A DNA stretch of 64,000 bases from Thermodesulfobacteriota bacterium (GTDB taxonomy: Bacteria > Desulfobacterota_D > UBA1144 > Nemesobacterales > N074bin48), in the NCBI GenBank assembly GCA_041572575.1, contig JBFFSH010000003.1, positions 1-64,000 on the forward strand. Reading direction: 5' to 3'. The translations under genes were made by a program, and so were the position numbers. Below are positions 19,698 to 30,608 of the stretch, in pieces (the stretch's first letter is position 1; each line of letters starts with the position of its first letter). The notes under the pieces were generated by a model, which was not told the DNA's origin, made no database searches, and worked only from the letters and a program-made list of their open reading frames with translations.

Positions 19698-19703
19698 AAA
19701 TAA

Positions 19704-20471
19704 TTATCTGAAAAGATCGAACTGAGGATCTCTTATAAGTGACTTTGATCCGACATCTTCAAATTCATAATCATATCCCCTTACAATCACAACCGGAACT
19801 GCATCGTTCTTTCCCATAAGCAGACCTGCCGCGGAAGCTATTTCATCACCTATTGCAATTAGAGTCGCAGTAAGCTCATAACCTTCCTTATCCTTTTGAT
19901 TCCTGTAATCCTTTAGAGGGTTAATCCCCCATGTACCAATCGCTATTTCTGTAAGCCCTTCCCGCCATGGCCTGCCAACTGTGTCAGTAATAATTACTGC
20001 TACGTTCTTTCCGGATTCATTTGTTACATCTTTTGCGATTTTCTTTGCAGAGCCATCAGAGTCATCTGGCAGCAAAGTTACCTTATCATTTCCTGGTACG
20101 TTTGAGGCATCTATCCCGGCATTCGCAAGTACAAGCCCATCTTTATTTTCAACCACCATCACACCCGTGTCAGTCTTTCTCTGCATCTTAACGATGCGCT
20201 TTGTTTCACCAAGAATAACCTCAACCATTCTGGGGTCTTTTAGAAGTTCGTCACCAAGTTTCTCTGCAAATGGAGTGGGTGTTATATCATTTAAATCGAC
20301 AACTTTCCCTTCGGATTTGGATATGATTTTTTGGGCAATAACAAGAATATCCTTTTCTGCTAATTCTATATCAGAGGATTTAAGTCTATTAGCAATAATC
20401 CGGGCTAAGTTATCTCCCTCTTTAATTTCAGGGATACCAGTAACTGGGATAAGTTCAAGCTTAGAGGACAT
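19704..20471 (-). CDS. cofE: Coenzyme F420-0:L-glutamate ligase
   Basis: IAQKIISKSEG, ANAGIDASN, DTVGRPWREG, DEIASAA.L.MG and DLFR motifs; no fused nitroreductase domain. Confidence 0.93.
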   Translation of the reverse strand: MSSKLELIPVTGIPEIKEGDNLARIIANRLKSSDIELAEKDILVIAQKIISKSEGKVVDLNDITPTPFAEKLGDELLKDPRMVEVILGETKRIVKMQRKTDTGVMVVENKDGLVLANAGIDASNVPGNDKVTLLPDDSDGSAKKIAKDVTNESGKNVAVIITDTVGRPWREGLTEIAIGTWGINPLKDYRNQKDKEGYELTATLIAIGDEIASAAGLLMGKNDAVPVVIVRGYDYEFEDVGSKSLIRDPQFDLFR

Positions 20472-20499
20472 AATCTATGTAGAAGTTAATAATATAGAT

Positions 20500-21213
20500 T
20501 TATTTAGCAGACCACTGACCATTGGAAGACTGAATCAATGTGCCGGATTTAACCTCACCCCTTCTAACTGCGGCAAATTGCTCGGCTGCCTGTGCTTTTA
20601 CGCTGCTAACATTATCATCTGTCATTTCCAGTTTATTAATTTTCACAATCTCTTCTGCCATGGCATTAATAATAATATCCCTGTCAGAATTTTCGTCACT
20701 TACAGTCTGGGTGTCTGAAGATGAAAGAGTTCCTCTTTTTACTAATTTCCCCTGGTTACCTTCACCGGCAAGTCGTTTACTTAGAATTTTATTAACATCA
20801 CTCAAGCGGCCGTTCCTTCTGTCATATGCCTTTTGTACTTGAGGATTGCTCTTGATATTATTTAGAATCTTTTGTGTGAGATTGCCCTGAGCATACACTT
20901 CTGGTACTAGCTGGAATACCCTCTTGGTAGCAATTATTTTGTTTGCAGTAACAGCAGGCTCCGAAGGGTATAGATGTGATGTAGGCTCACTTTCAGATTC
21001 CGTTGCATCTGGAGTAACTTCCTGATCTGTGTCCGCCTCTGTATCGGTTTGCACTTCGCCGTCTTCCAACAGCTCATCTTCCAAAGCCTGAAATACGTCT
21101 TTTACCTCTTCTGCGGGAAAGTAAACATTTATAGTTACAATTGCGCATGATAGGTTTAGAAATAAAAATACTGCTAACGATTTATTTAACATACTGTTGT
21201 ATAAGTTTTTCAT
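20500..21213 (-). CDS. Lipoprotein with DUF1318 (YdbL-like) domain
   Basis: Lipobox LNLS-C, TINVYFP, acidic linker, then GEGNQG.L, EN.DR..I and IQ...G.W..K motifs of DUF1318. Confidence 0.8.
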   Translation of the reverse strand: MKNLYNSMLNKSLAVFLFLNLSCAIVTINVYFPAEEVKDVFQALEDELLEDGEVQTDTEADTDQEVTPDATESESEPTSHLYPSEPAVTANKIIATKRVFQLVPEVYAQGNLTQKILNNIKSNPQVQKAYDRRNGRLSDVNKILSKRLAGEGNQGKLVKRGTLSSSDTQTVSDENSDRDIIINAMAEEIVKINKLEMTDDNVSSVKAQAAEQFAAVRRGEVKSGTLIQSSNGQWSAK

Positions 21214-21228
21214 AACTGACTCCTCATT

Positions 21229-24200
21229 TTAATTTTGAAATTGTAAATCCAGACTACCTGTACTTGCTCTCCTTGCGGTTTCTCTTATCACTGACATAAG
21301 ATGTGCTACGGAGATTGAGTTTCTTCTATTATGAACTTTAATATTCAAATCTTTCAAGCCTAATATCGAATTTGAAATTTCGAGTTCATTGAATGTAATC
21401 ACTCCGTTATTAATGTATCCGTATAACCTGCCTTTGTCATAATTTTTTGACGAACCAAGTAGAAGTCTTTCTCTTGCTCCAAGTCGCTCCAAAAATGCCT
21501 TCCCGACAATCCTCTTCTCTTTTCTTGATCCCACAGTCCAAAAATTAAACAGTCCATCGAGTGTACTGGTTCGCTTTTCTTTTTGCACTAGGCTTACAAG
21601 ACCGTTTAATCTGCCGCTTATGTAACCCTCAGTACCCGGGATGCTGTCTGTTATATTCTTTAAACTTATATCATTAAACAGAAAATAAAACTTGCCTGCT
21701 TTCTTTTTACTTTTTCCGATATTATAGACTCCTGAAGAAGAGACTTTACCGCCGAATACATTGGTGCTTAATTCCTTAATTGTAAGATTGTTCTTTACAA
21801 CATTCATGAGCAGTTTGATATTTTCCAGAGTAAAAAAACCGTATTCAAGCCTTTTTATATTAACATTGGATTCATCACTGCGAGAAATATTTTTCGTAAA
21901 CTTGTATGCTTTCTTATGATCTATTGTGTGTCTTTTTATTACTTCATTTATGCTTTTAACCTCTGTTTCATCCTGGCTTAGTTTTAATCTGCCATCAAGG
22001 TTTTCAATATTGAAAAGAGTGCCAAACGGGTCGCCTTTAAAGTTTATTTTCTTAAAGTCAATATATCCTGTTACGGTTGAATCGTTTGGAAAATTGCTTG
22101 CTGTAAGCTCAACATCCATACTACCGCTTATCTCACCAAATCTGATTGCCGGCGGGAGATACGGATTTGCAAATTTCTTGATTTCTGCAAGATTCATCTT
22201 TTCTGTTTTATATTCCAATTTTCTTTCACCGCTATAAGGATTTTCAATATTGCTTGTAAACTCAAGCAAAACATCATTATTGCTGTTACTTATTAAACCA
22301 TTATTTACAGACAAAGTTTCGCTTTCGGTGTCTATATCCAGATTGATATTGAGCTTCGATTCCTCTTCATAATCTTCTACATACATATTGCTAACATTTA
22401 CTTTTCCGCTACCAGTCGGTAACGATTCTTCGTTTTTAAACTTTCCCTTATAAGTTAAATTCAGCTTGTTTGTGGTTATAATATTTTCTTTTCCTTCAAT
22501 TTTTGGTTTGCTAAGATTAATATTGAATCTCAAATTATTATTCAGGTTATTTAAAAAGCCAGTTAGTTTTCCTCCGAGCAAATTTCCTTTAATAGAACTT
22601 AATTTATATCCACGGGAATCATATGAAACTATAGAGACAAGTTTGGTAAATATCACCGAATAGATGTCTGCTTCTTTGATTGTTACATTTCCTGTCCAGG
22701 TTTCTTTTGAATTATTGTTAAGGTTCATATTAATCCCGACAAGTTTGTAACCGTTGTCATCAGATGTAAAAGTTCCCTTTTTAAGATTTACCTTGGATGG
22801 GAATTCTATTTCCTCTTCAATGGGAAGGCTAACCTCATTTATCTTTGCTCTACCTCTGTCTATAAGTATAAAAGTAATATCAGAAAAGTTGAGATCAGTG
22901 TTAGTAAAACTGTAATCACTTTTTAAATCTGATAATTTGTATTTGTCGTAACTGCCTGAGGGAGAGGTGATATTGCCTGTTATCATATCTCCTTCATCTT
23001 CATTTACTGAAATATTAACTGAATCAAGAGTTACATCTAAAAAATTATTCTCTAACCTATCTCCGGTTATATTCAGGTTATAGTTCCTATCATTCAGAAG
23101 GTCTTTTACATCGGCATTAAATTTCCCGGTATCTATTTTAAAGCTGACATAGTCCAGATTCTTGTATGAAAGATTGTTAATTTCAGCATCAACTATTCCT
23201 CTCTCTTTTGCATTATCAAACGAGACGCTGGTTTGAATTTTGTTTGATGAGTTTAAATGGGAAACATTTACATTTTGTGTATCAGATAATTTAATAGAAA
23301 CATTATTAGCAGAGATATCACTTAAAAAATTCAGCGTCTTGGTGTTTCCTGTAAAACGCGTATCGAGATTTATCACACTTCCTGTAATAAGGTTGTTTAC
23401 ATAAAATATTTTTCCAAGGTCAAATTTATTTCCACTGAGTCTGCCGTTAATCGCATAGTTATCTTCACCTAATTCAATACTGGAATTTAAGTTAATGCTG
23501 CCACCTGCAAAACTATTTGAGCTGGCTTTTATATTTACATTATTATCTTTGGAACTAAGCTTATTTTCTAAAACGATATCTAGTTTGCCAATTTCCAGTT
23601 CATCGCTCCCTTGTTTTATTAAAAAGTTATCAAAATTGAATAGGTTTTTGATGGTCAAACTTTCATCTATTGATCCAGCTAACTTAATTTCGTTTTTTAT
23701 CAGATTCCCACTGAGCTTAATATTGTATTTATCTGTGAACAGACTTGTGAACTTTTCTATATCTAAATTTTCAACATTTGCTGTAATATCTAAAGTTGGA
23801 TCATCTGAGATATTTGTCACATCCCCTCTGAATCCTAATTTAATAAGATTAAATATTTCTAATACTGAATCATTAATAATCACAGTCTTATCGCTTTCTT
23901 TGTAAACTATATCAATATCTGCTTTTCCTATAAGCTCTTGTTCTTCATGTATCTGTACATTGGTTTTAGATTTCTTTTCTCCATTAATTTTCAGATCAAT
24001 TATTGAATTTATATTGAGAGCGGGAATAGCGGTATTTTCATTATCAGACAATACGAATTCAGGAGTTTGCAGATCAACTAAGATATTTATATCATCTTTG
24101 GTTCTTATGATATTAGACTGTAAAGAAAACTCTCTTCCTAAAAATTCTATTTTAGAGCGCAGCTTTGCGTCCTTTAAATTTTGCAGGTCACCCAGTTTAA

Positions 24201-24708
24201 GAATCAGGCCAGTCAGTTTAAAATTAGTTTCTTGCTCATAAGCTATATCGAAATTTTTAATAACCAGTTCTTGTATTTCTAGTTGCAATCTTTGCTTATC
24301 ATTGCCTGTAGTACTTGGTGCTCCGTATCCTGAAGTATCTTTTAAAAACTGCTCTGTTACAGCGCTATCAATGCTATCAATTTCTATATGCTCAATAGAT
24401 ACCTTGCGATTATATATGGAACTCAAAAATCCAATATCCACATAAACATTGTTGATCTTTACAAATTCGTTCTTATTATCAGGTTTTGAAATTTCTAAAT
24501 TTGTAAAGTGAAAACCGGATAGCAGACTGTATTCGATATTTTCTGCCTTCAGGTTATTACCCTTCCACTGAGGGTTATCATTCAGGTAATTTTTAATTTT
24601 ATAGGGAATAAAATATTGTAGAGCTAGAAACAAAAAGCAAAGAATAACGAGAGTAAATATTAAGAAATACTTTAGGCGTGCCTGTAATTTATTTTGCGTT
24701 AAGATCAT
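21229..24708 (-). CDS. AsmA-like/YdbH-like intermembrane lipid-transport protein
   Basis: 1159 aa with a single N-terminal TM, long beta-strand-rich repeats with recurrent GG..G motifs, and an adjacent DUF1318 lipoprotein. Confidence 0.7.
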   Translation of the reverse strand: MILTQNKLQARLKYFLIFTLVILCFLFLALQYFIPYKIKNYLNDNPQWKGNNLKAENIEYSLLSGFHFTNLEISKPDNKNEFVKINNVYVDIGFLSSIYNRKVSIEHIEIDSIDSAVTEQFLKDTSGYGAPSTTGNDKQRLQLEIQELVIKNFDIAYEQETNFKLTGLILKLGDLQNLKDAKLRSKIEFLGREFSLQSNIIRTKDDINILVDLQTPEFVLSDNENTAIPALNINSIIDLKINGEKKSKTNVQIHEEQELIGKADIDIVYKESDKTVIINDSVLEIFNLIKLGFRGDVTNISDDPTLDITANVENLDIEKFTSLFTDKYNIKLSGNLIKNEIKLAGSIDESLTIKNLFNFDNFLIKQGSDELEIGKLDIVLENKLSSKDNNVNIKASSNSFAGGSINLNSSIELGEDNYAINGRLSGNKFDLGKIFYVNNLITGSVINLDTRFTGNTKTLNFLSDISANNVSIKLSDTQNVNVSHLNSSNKIQTSVSFDNAKERGIVDAEINNLSYKNLDYVSFKIDTGKFNADVKDLLNDRNYNLNITGDRLENNFLDVTLDSVNISVNEDEGDMITGNITSPSGSYDKYKLSDLKSDYSFTNTDLNFSDITFILIDRGRAKINEVSLPIEEEIEFPSKVNLKKGTFTSDDNGYKLVGINMNLNNNSKETWTGNVTIKEADIYSVIFTKLVSIVSYDSRGYKLSSIKGNLLGGKLTGFLNNLNNNLRFNINLSKPKIEGKENIITTNKLNLTYKGKFKNEESLPTGSGKVNVSNMYVEDYEEESKLNINLDIDTESETLSVNNGLISNSNNDVLLEFTSNIENPYSGERKLEYKTEKMNLAEIKKFANPYLPPAIRFGEISGSMDVELTASNFPNDSTVTGYIDFKKINFKGDPFGTLFNIENLDGRLKLSQDETEVKSINEVIKRHTIDHKKAYKFTKNISRSDESNVNIKRLEYGFFTLENIKLLMNVVKNNLTIKELSTNVFGGKVSSSGVYNIGKSKKKAGKFYFLFNDISLKNITDSIPGTEGYISGRLNGLVSLVQKEKRTSTLDGLFNFWTVGSRKEKRIVGKAFLERLGARERLLLGSSKNYDKGRLYGYINNGVITFNELEISNSILGLKDLNIKVHNRRNSISVAHLMSVIRETARRASTGSLDLQFQN

Positions 24709-24744
24709 TAATTATTAGTATAAGATCAAACCGCTAAATAGAAA

Positions 24745-25122
24745 TTAAGTTTCAATTATTACGTCTTTGGCTTTTACCACATTTTTGAAGCTGTAGAATG
24801 AATATCTTTTCTTCTTTAAAAACTCTCCAACTACTTTTACTACTGATCCTTTCTTTACATCCAGGTGCTTGCCCTGATAGTATACATGTAATATATTTTC
24901 TGAATTATCCTCTATTTTAAACAGTGTATACTGCTCGCCTTCGGCAGACGTGAATTTTAGCTTGTTTATAATGCCTTCGACGACTATTTCCTTTTTATCA
25001 TATTCGGAAGGGTTTGATACAAATTCTTCAAAAGAATTGGCTGCATCATCACTTATTCCGTAACTAACGCTGAACGAGCAGGTAAAGATTAAAATAGAAG
25101 TTATTAAAATTAATTTTTTCAT
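24745..25122 (-). CDS. Exported OB-fold protein
   Basis: Signal peptide followed by NP..Y..K...V.G.I...Y..F...D and V.V.G.F patterns. Confidence 0.6.
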   Translation of the reverse strand: MKKLILITSILIFTCSFSVSYGISDDAANSFEEFVSNPSEYDKKEIVVEGIINKLKFTSAEGEQYTLFKIEDNSENILHVYYQGKHLDVKKGSVVKVVGEFLKKKRYSFYSFKNVVKAKDVIIET

Positions 25123-25126
25123 ATCA

Positions 25127-25933
25127 TCATCCTCTGTTTCTGTACATTATGTAAAACTTTTTTACCTTCTGCACATAATTTTTGGTCTCCGGATATGGAG
25201 GAATTTTATAGTTATATTTCATCACGGTTCCCGGGCCTGCGTTATAGGCTGCTAGCACTAGATCTACATCGCCTTTGAAAAATTTGATAAGGTCACGTAA
25301 AAATTTCACCCCGCCATCAATATTTTGTGTTGCATTAAAGGGATCGGAAACCCCGTAGTCTTTTGCCGTTGCGGGAATGAGCTGCATCATGCCCTGGGCA
25401 TTTTTTGGAGAGACTGCCTTGGGATCAAAATTGGATTCGGCTTTTATAACTGCTTTAACAAGCAGTGGGTCTACTCCGTATTTATGCCCTATTCTTTTAA
25501 TTACCTGATCTATATCTGTCTTAAAATCACCGGACTTTGTAAAAATGTCATCGTAACTAACTACCCTGAATTGAGACAATGAAGATACTCTTACAACCCT
25601 GTAATCCCTTTCTATTTCCCTGCATGTGATATTAACAGTCTGCTCACCGCCAATTAACGATACAAGACACTCTGAAATATGAAGCACCTTAAAGGTTTCA
25701 TTCAGATAATTAAAACTGTCTCCAATTGAGTATGTATTTACAGCTCCGGATTGATTATTTTTTAATATTACCTTTGGGTCGGTTTTATTGTATAGAGTAC
25801 TCAGAATCTCTACATTCAATCTGGAATTATAATTAATCGATTGCGATTTTTTTGTCACATATGCCAGATCTTGTGAAATTGCGGCATAATTTGAGGAGAA
25901 AATTATTAATAGTGCTAAAATTGTGGTTTTCAT
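25127..25933 (-). CDS. Lytic transglycosylase (SLT domain)
   Basis: VIKAESNFDP.AVS, GMMQL, NIDGG, AAYNAG and PPYPET..YV motifs; signal peptide. Confidence 0.93.
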   Translation of the reverse strand: MKTTILALLIIFSSNYAAISQDLAYVTKKSQSINYNSRLNVEILSTLYNKTDPKVILKNNQSGAVNTYSIGDSFNYLNETFKVLHISECLVSLIGGEQTVNITCREIERDYRVVRVSSLSQFRVVSYDDIFTKSGDFKTDIDQVIKRIGHKYGVDPLLVKAVIKAESNFDPKAVSPKNAQGMMQLIPATAKDYGVSDPFNATQNIDGGVKFLRDLIKFFKGDVDLVLAAYNAGPGTVMKYNYKIPPYPETKNYVQKVKKFYIMYRNRG

Positions 25934-26046
25934 GCTAATTTATAAATAAATAATTAATATATTAATTATAGGCTATTTTTGAACAAATTTAAAGTAGTTT
26001 ATTAAGTTTTATTTGTAAATAGATAAATTATTTGTAAAATTCCCAG

Positions 26047-26847
26047 ATGAAATCCGATATTCCCAAGGCACTTACCATTGCAGGCTCTGATAGCAGCGGA
26101 GGTGCCGGAATACAGGCTGATCTTAAAACTTTCACTGCACATAAAGTATATGGTATGTCGGTGCTCACTTCAATCACAGCTCAAAATACCAAAAAAGTAC
26201 TTGGAATTCATAACCTAAGCCCCGAGTTTATAGGACTTCAGCTTGTGGCAGTAGCAACGGATTTTGAAGTAAATGCAGTAAAAACAGGGATGCTTTCCAC
26301 TGCACCGATTATTAAATCTATTTCTGATCAGATAAAGAGATACAAAATTCCAAATCTTGTTGTAGACCCTGTGATGATATCAAAAAGCGGTGCAAGACTT
26401 TTGGAAAAAGAGGCTGAAACATCGCTTAAAAATGATATAATACCGATTGCTTTTATTGTAACGCCTAATATTCCGGAAGCTGAAGTTATAGCCGGTATGG
26501 AGATTGGCACTATAGAACAGATGAAAGAAGCCGCAGAGAAGATTATAGCTATGGGCCCAAAAAATGTACTCATAAAGGGTGGGCACCTTAAAGACAATAA
26601 AGATGCTGTAGACATTTTTTATGATGGGGAAGACTTCTACGAGATTGCTACAAAATGGATTAAAACAAAAAATACGCACGGCACAGGATGCACATATTCT
26701 GCTGCAATCTGTGCTAATCTTGCAAAAGGACTTGATGTACTTGAAGCCGTTAGCAAGGCAAAGGATTATGTTACATCAGCAATAGAAAAATCATTTAATA
26801 TAGGAAGCGGCCACGGCCCGCTTAATCATTTTCATAATATAAAATAA
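26047..26847 (+). CDS. thiD: Hydroxymethylpyrimidine/phosphomethylpyrimidine kinase
   Basis: [25 protein letters not shown] and THGTGC motifs. Confidence 0.97.
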   Translation: MKSDIPKALTIAGSDSSGGAGIQADLKTFTAHKVYGMSVLTSITAQNTKKVLGIHNLSPEFIGLQLVAVATDFEVNAVKTGMLSTAPIIKSISDQIKRYKIPNLVVDPVMISKSGARLLEKEAETSLKNDIIPIAFIVTPNIPEAEVIAGMEIGTIEQMKEAAEKIIAMGPKNVLIKGGHLKDNKDAVDIFYDGEDFYEIATKWIKTKNTHGTGCTYSAAICANLAKGLDVLEAVSKAKDYVTSAIEKSFNIGSGHGPLNHFHNIK

Positions 26848-26861
26848 AAGGAAGGAAAGTT

Positions 26862-27713
26862 ATGGCAGAGCTTATAGATGGGAAAGTAGTATCACAGAGC
26901 GTTAGGGATGAAGTGCAGGAGCTTACAAGCAAATTGATGGATGATACGGGAATAGTCCCCGGGCTTGCAGCGGTGCTAGTAGGTGATGATCCCGCATCTG
27001 AGATTTATGTAAGGAACAAGAGAAAGGCATGTGAAAAAGTAGGTATATACTCTGAAGAACACAAACTGCCTGCTGAAACCACCGAGGAAGACTTGCTCGC
27101 TTTAGTAAATAAACTAAACGATGATCCAAAGATTCACGGTATATTGGTTCAGCTTCCACTACCCGACCATATTAATGAAACCACAATCCTGCGCACCGTG
27201 TCCCCTTTCAAAGATGTAGACGGGTTTCATCCCTACAATGTGGGCCTGCTAGTAGAAGGTAACCCCAGGTTTGTTTCATGCACACCTGCTGGAATTATAA
27301 GAATGCTGGAACATTACAATCTTGATATAAAGGGCAAAGAGGTTGTAGTGGTAGGTAGAAGCAACATCGTAGGAAAACCTGTATCTATGCTCCTTCTTCA
27401 CAGGCACGGTACCGTAACAATCTGTCATTCGAGAACAAAGGACTTAAAGGAAGTTGCAAACAGGGCTGATATTCTTGTTGCCGCAATAGGAAGGGCTGAC
27501 TTCATAACCGGTGATATGGTAAAAGACGGTGCTGTTGTGATTGATGTAGGAATCAATAGAAAAGATGACGGCAAGCTCACAGGTGACGTGGACTTCGACG
27601 CAGTGAGCGAAAAAGCATCTTACATCACTCCGGTTCCCGGAGGAGTGGGCCCAATGACAATAGCAATGCTTCTCTATAACACATATCTATCTGCAAAGAG
27701 TACTGCTGAGTGA
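26862..27713 (+). CDS. folD: Methylenetetrahydrofolate dehydrogenase/cyclohydrolase
   Basis: [22 protein letters not shown] and [11 protein letters not shown] motifs. Confidence 0.98.
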   Translation: MAELIDGKVVSQSVRDEVQELTSKLMDDTGIVPGLAAVLVGDDPASEIYVRNKRKACEKVGIYSEEHKLPAETTEEDLLALVNKLNDDPKIHGILVQLPLPDHINETTILRTVSPFKDVDGFHPYNVGLLVEGNPRFVSCTPAGIIRMLEHYNLDIKGKEVVVVGRSNIVGKPVSMLLLHRHGTVTICHSRTKDLKEVANRADILVAAIGRADFITGDMVKDGAVVIDVGINRKDDGKLTGDVDFDAVSEKASYITPVPGGVGPMTIAMLLYNTYLSAKSTAE

Positions 27714-27720
27714 TAGTATA

Positions 27721-28608
27721 ATGATTAAACTATTCACAGTACTATCATTACTCTGTTTCTTATATCCTCAAATAGTACTGTCCGAATCAGTCACTTTTAC
27801 CTTCAATCCTCCTGATGGGTATAAAGTAATAAGTTATGGAAAATCAAACAGGGTTTATTATATAGATGGCAAAAAGAATAAAATACAGTCAAATAAAATT
27901 AATACTGAAACAATATTTACTAAAAATTTGAATGGATTCAAAATTATAAGAAAAGTTATTTTAGCGGAGTCATTTGAAAATGGTAAAAGATTAGAATCAC
28001 CTGCTGGAAAGGTATTGATTGGAAATGTAATGACGTATATTACAGACAATAAAGGCAACCTTCTATCGATAGAAGGGCTTGATTCATTACTCAATAATCT
28101 TAAGAAAACTATACATCCCGATAAACAACATCTTGCTGTAAAAGTATTTAACACCGAGGTGAGGAAGAAAAAAGAATTTGATGACTGGCAAAACAATATA
28201 ACAAAATTTGTAGGGAAATCAGTAAAAGATGGAACGGTTGGTTATACTATATCCTCACTTAATCTATACGGTGATATATTAAAATATCTTAAGCAGATGA
28301 ATTTCGTTGATGTAAAGAAAGACTCTGTGAAAATAAACTATAAATACACAACTAAAAAACCTACAATACATAATTGGTTAAAAGAAATTAACCCAGTAGT
28401 AGTAGAAAAACTTAATCTTGATCAGATAGATTATAGTTCTTATGGTATAAATGGCAGCGGATATGAGATAATAAATCCAAAGACCATGATCAGCAAAGAA
28501 AAGCATAGTAAAATAATATTAGAATATGTAACTACTTATGATGATGGTTCCCAACACGAAATAAAAAGAATACAAACAAAAAATACTAGATATGAAATAG
28601 CCAATTGA
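27721..28608 (+). CDS. Secreted hypothetical protein
   Basis: Signal peptide; 295 aa; AT-rich; no motif recognised. Confidence 0.7.
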   Translation: MIKLFTVLSLLCFLYPQIVLSESVTFTFNPPDGYKVISYGKSNRVYYIDGKKNKIQSNKINTETIFTKNLNGFKIIRKVILAESFENGKRLESPAGKVLIGNVMTYITDNKGNLLSIEGLDSLLNNLKKTIHPDKQHLAVKVFNTEVRKKKEFDDWQNNITKFVGKSVKDGTVGYTISSLNLYGDILKYLKQMNFVDVKKDSVKINYKYTTKKPTIHNWLKEINPVVVEKLNLDQIDYSSYGINGSGYEIINPKTMISKEKHSKIILEYVTTYDDGSQHEIKRIQTKNTRYEIAN

Positions 28609-28668
28609 TAATAATTAGTATCCGTTTCTCACTGCTTTCCAAATTATTACATATATAACTAATACAAA

Positions 28669-30603
28669 ATGCCTTTAATCAGTCTAAACGAAGTTAAACT
28701 TTCCTTTGGTGGGCCTCTGCTTTTTGATGATCTGAACTTACAGATTGAGCATGGTGAGAGGGTTGCGCTTATTGGAAGGAACGGAGTTGGTAAGACCTCG
28801 CTTATGAAGGTTATTGCTCGGGAGTTGGATATTGATGATGGTAAGATCACTTATCAAAAAGGTTTAACTGTTACTCATCTTCCTCAGGAAATTCCAAAAC
28901 AGATGGAGGGTAAAGCATTTGATATTGTTCTATCCGGACTTGGAGAGCGGGCAAAGCTTATTAATGACTATTACCATCTGAGTCGAGAGGTAAGTAGTAA
29001 GAGCAGTCCCGAATTACTTAAAAGGCTCGATGCATTGCAGTCCGAGCTTGAGAGGACAGATGGCTGGAAGATTGAAAACGAGGTGGAATCGGTAATTAGT
29101 CACCTTGGTCTCGAACCCGAAAGTGAATTTCGCAATCTCTCTGGCGGGCAGAAAAGAAGGGTACTGCTTGCAAGAGCTTTAGTTATTAATCCTGATCTAC
29201 TCATGCTTGATGAGCCCACAAACCATCTGGATATTGATTCAATACAATGGCTTGAAGAATTTTTAAAGGCATGTAAAAGCACACTTTTTTTTGTAACTCA
29301 TGACAGGAAATTTATGAAAAATCTTGCTACACGGATTATAGAGCTTGACCGCGGGAGCATATTTAACTGGCAGTGTGATTACGATACATTTTTACAGAGA
29401 AAGCAGCAGGAGTTGGATTCTGAAGGAAAGCATAATGCGCTTTTTGATAAAAAACTTGCTGCTGAAGAATTATGGCTCAGAAAGGGAGTAAGAGCAAGGC
29501 GGACAAGAAATGAGGGCCGTGTGAGAGCCCTCATGAAAATGAGAGAAGAAAAACGTGCCCGCAGGACAGAAATTGGCAACGCTAAAATGCTTACTCAAAA
29601 ATCCGAGATTTCAGGACGCCAGGTAATCAAGGCTACAAAAATTAGTTTTAGCTATCATGATCAAAAACTAATTCATGACTTTTCTACACTTATTATGCGT
29701 GGTGAGAAAGTAGGAATTATTGGTCCCAATGGATCAGGAAAGACTACGTTGATTAATCTGTTACTAGGAAATATTAAACCACAAGAGGGAGAGGTTATTG
29801 TAGGCACCAATCTTGAAATTGCCTACTTTGATCAGCTGAGAGAACAGCTGGATGAAAGCAAAAACGTAATGGACAATGTTGGCGGGGGAAAAGATACTGT
29901 CACGATTAACGGCAAAGACCGTCATATTATTGGATACCTGCAGGATTTTCTTTTTTCTTCAGACAGGTGCAAGGAAAAGATACACAGGCTTTCGGGGGGC
30001 GAGCGCAACAGGCTTGTGCTTGCAAAATTATTTACTCGACCCTCTAATCTGCTCGTGATGGACGAGCCTACAAATGACCTCGATATTGAAACTTTGGAAC
30101 TGCTGGAAGACCTGCTGGTTGAATATCCGGGTACTATCATTTTAGTAAGCCACGATAGGGAATTTTTAGACAATGTTGTCACTTCTACAATTGTATTTGA
30201 AGGTAATGGTAAATTAAATGAATATCCGGGGGGCTACTATGACTGGCTCTATCAAAGAGAAAAGCTGGTTTATAATTCGCAGAATAAAAAAGAAGAAAAA
30301 GCAGATATAGAGATAATAAAGCCGGTAAAGAAGAATTCACCCAAACCCAGGAAGCTTAGTTTTAAAGAAAATAAAGAACTGGAAGAACTACCGCAAATAA
30401 TAGAAAAGCTTGAGCAGGAACAAAAAGAGATTTTTACTACCCTTTCAGATGCAGGTTACTATAAAAAGGATCCAAAAGAAATTGAATCCACTCAGGCAAG
30501 GTCAGAACAAATTGAAAAAGAAATTTCAAATGCATACGAACGTTGGAATTACCTGGAACAGCTAAGAGAAGAAATACAAAGAGAGGCAGCTACAACTAAT
30601 TAA
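28669..30603 (+). CDS. uup: ABC-F family ATPase Uup
   Basis: Two ABC domains (GRNGVGKT, LSGGQ, DEPTNHLD; GPNGSGKT, LSGGE), W.R.GV.AR.TRNEGRVRAL linker and C-terminal coiled coil. Confidence 0.92.
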   Translation: MPLISLNEVKLSFGGPLLFDDLNLQIEHGERVALIGRNGVGKTSLMKVIARELDIDDGKITYQKGLTVTHLPQEIPKQMEGKAFDIVLSGLGERAKLINDYYHLSREVSSKSSPELLKRLDALQSELERTDGWKIENEVESVISHLGLEPESEFRNLSGGQKRRVLLARALVINPDLLMLDEPTNHLDIDSIQWLEEFLKACKSTLFFVTHDRKFMKNLATRIIELDRGSIFNWQCDYDTFLQRKQQELDSEGKHNALFDKKLAAEELWLRKGVRARRTRNEGRVRALMKMREEKRARRTEIGNAKMLTQKSEISGRQVIKATKISFSYHDQKLIHDFSTLIMRGEKVGIIGPNGSGKTTLINLLLGNIKPQEGEVIVGTNLEIAYFDQLREQLDESKNVMDNVGGGKDTVTINGKDRHIIGYLQDFLFSSDRCKEKIHRLSGGERNRLVLAKLFTRPSNLLVMDEPTNDLDIETLELLEDLLVEYPGTIILVSHDREFLDNVVTSTIVFEGNGKLNEYPGGYYDWLYQREKLVYNSQNKKEEKADIEIIKPVKKNSPKPRKLSFKENKELEELPQIIEKLEQEQKEIFTTLSDAGYYKKDPKEIESTQARSEQIEKEISNAYERWNYLEQLREEIQREAATTN

Positions 30604-30608
30604 ATACT

